UHGV virus genome: UHGV-0315315
Direction: 5' to 3' (one strand)
DNA length: 14,378 nt
Source of the DNA: a virus
The position numbers and the translations under genes were made by a program. Below are positions 13,774 through 14,378 of this stretch, one piece after another; within the stretch, counting starts at the first letter, position 1, and every line of letters begins with the position of its first letter. The notes under the pieces are model-generated. The model did no database searches and was not told where the DNA came from. It saw nothing but the letters and a program-made list of their open reading frames with translations.

Positions 13774-14378
13774 TCAGCAATTGGTCAGGGTGCCTGCCGG
13801 TGCGTCACCGCCCGGCGCGCGCTGGCGGTAATCCTTGCGGCTGTCTTCAATGCTCAGCTTTTGCTCAAGCTCGGCAAAGGCGGCCTGCTGCTCCTGCAGG
13901 GAGGACTCCAGCTCAGAAAGGCGCTGCTCCTGATCGGACAGGGATTTTTCCGTGCGCTCACTCAGGTTCTGCTGCTCAGTAGCGACCAGCTCCACGGCTT
14001 TATGCACATCAGAGAATCGCGCATCGTCGGTCTGCTCTTTTTTGGTGAACAACGCGGTGACGCGGGCAAAGAGGGACGGCTTTTCGTCCTGGGCTTCTTC
14101 GAGTTCGATCAGCGTTTCTTCGGCAGCGGTAAACAGGTTTTCAGGATTCTGCTTACGGTTTGCCAGCGGGTTATGTGCGGCACTGGCGCTGAATGCCAGC
14201 ATTTCGGTGCCGAGACTTGCCGGATCATCTGTTGCCGCCAGCCCCACAAGATAGGCTTTACCGGTGTCAGCAAACTTCGGGCTGACCTCCATGGAGGTAA
14301 ACAGCTTCTGGCCTTTTTTCACCAGTGCCACCAGGGAGTCTGTCGGTTCAACATCGGCGTAAAGTGCCATCTTGCCCG
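13774..14378 (-). CDS. O: Capsid scaffolding protein (P2 O-like), 5'-partial: continues past the right edge of the window
   Basis: Open frame continues upstream of the track Met at 14370 to the window end. C-terminus ...GGDAPAGTLTNC matches the conserved scaffold C-terminus. The visible ~200 codons are the C-terminal part of a longer protein. Confidence 0.85.
   Translation of the reverse strand, partial: GKMALYADVEPTDSLVALVKKGQKLFTSMEVSPKFADTGKAYLVGLAATDDPASLGTEMLAFSASAAHNPLANRKQNPENLFTAAEETLIELEEAQDEKPSLFARVTALFTKKEQTDDARFSDVHKAVELVATEQQNLSERTEKSLSDQEQRLSELESSLQEQQAAFAELEQKLSIEDSRKDYRQRAPGGDAPAGTLTNC

Noticed and set aside
12160-13982. Plus-strand ORFs antisense to M, N and O (12206..12529, 12369..12848, 13215..13982 at 255 aa, 13343..13588)
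   Set aside because: They overlap confidently assigned capsid and terminase genes on the opposite strand. Long antisense open frames are expected in GC-rich coding DNA.
1-14378. CRISPR arrays or other rRNA/tRNA genes anywhere in the window
   Set aside because: No regularly spaced direct repeats and no RNA-gene-like conserved structure seen. Apart from the two insert regions the window is densely protein-coding.

Overview
This window is a contiguous block of a P2-like (Peduovirus-type) prophage, encoded almost entirely on the minus strand. Right to left it carries: capsid scaffold O (partial, runs off the right edge), major capsid N, terminase small/endonuclease subunit M, head completion L, tail protein X, a lysis cassette (holin, SAR-type endolysin, LysA, LysB with out-of-frame LysC), tail completion R and S, baseplate V-W-J-I, tail fibre H and its chaperone G. 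All family assignments are from reading the translated ORFs against remembered protein families; no database search was run. Three things break the canonical layout. (1) Between S and V sits a ~2.2 kb visibly AT-rich plus-strand insert encoding an ABC-type ATPase and a translationally coupled Toprim/DUF4435-like protein. This is the architecture of the PARIS (AriA/AriB) anti-phage system, at a known variable cargo position of P2-like phages. (2) At the 3' end of the tail fibre gene is a Mu G-segment-like invertible region (~1.75 kb) bounded by imperfect inverted 26-bp crossover sites (1342-1367 and 3088-3113). It carries two alternative fibre C-termini with their chaperones, next to a Gin/Pin/Hin-family serine invertase gene. 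(3) The tail sheath gene is cut off after ~85 conserved codons near position ~322, so the element is truncated at the left end; the leftmost ~320 bp are unassigned. Two TGT-N12-ACA dyads resembling P2 late-promoter activator sites lie upstream of the sheath fragment and of V.
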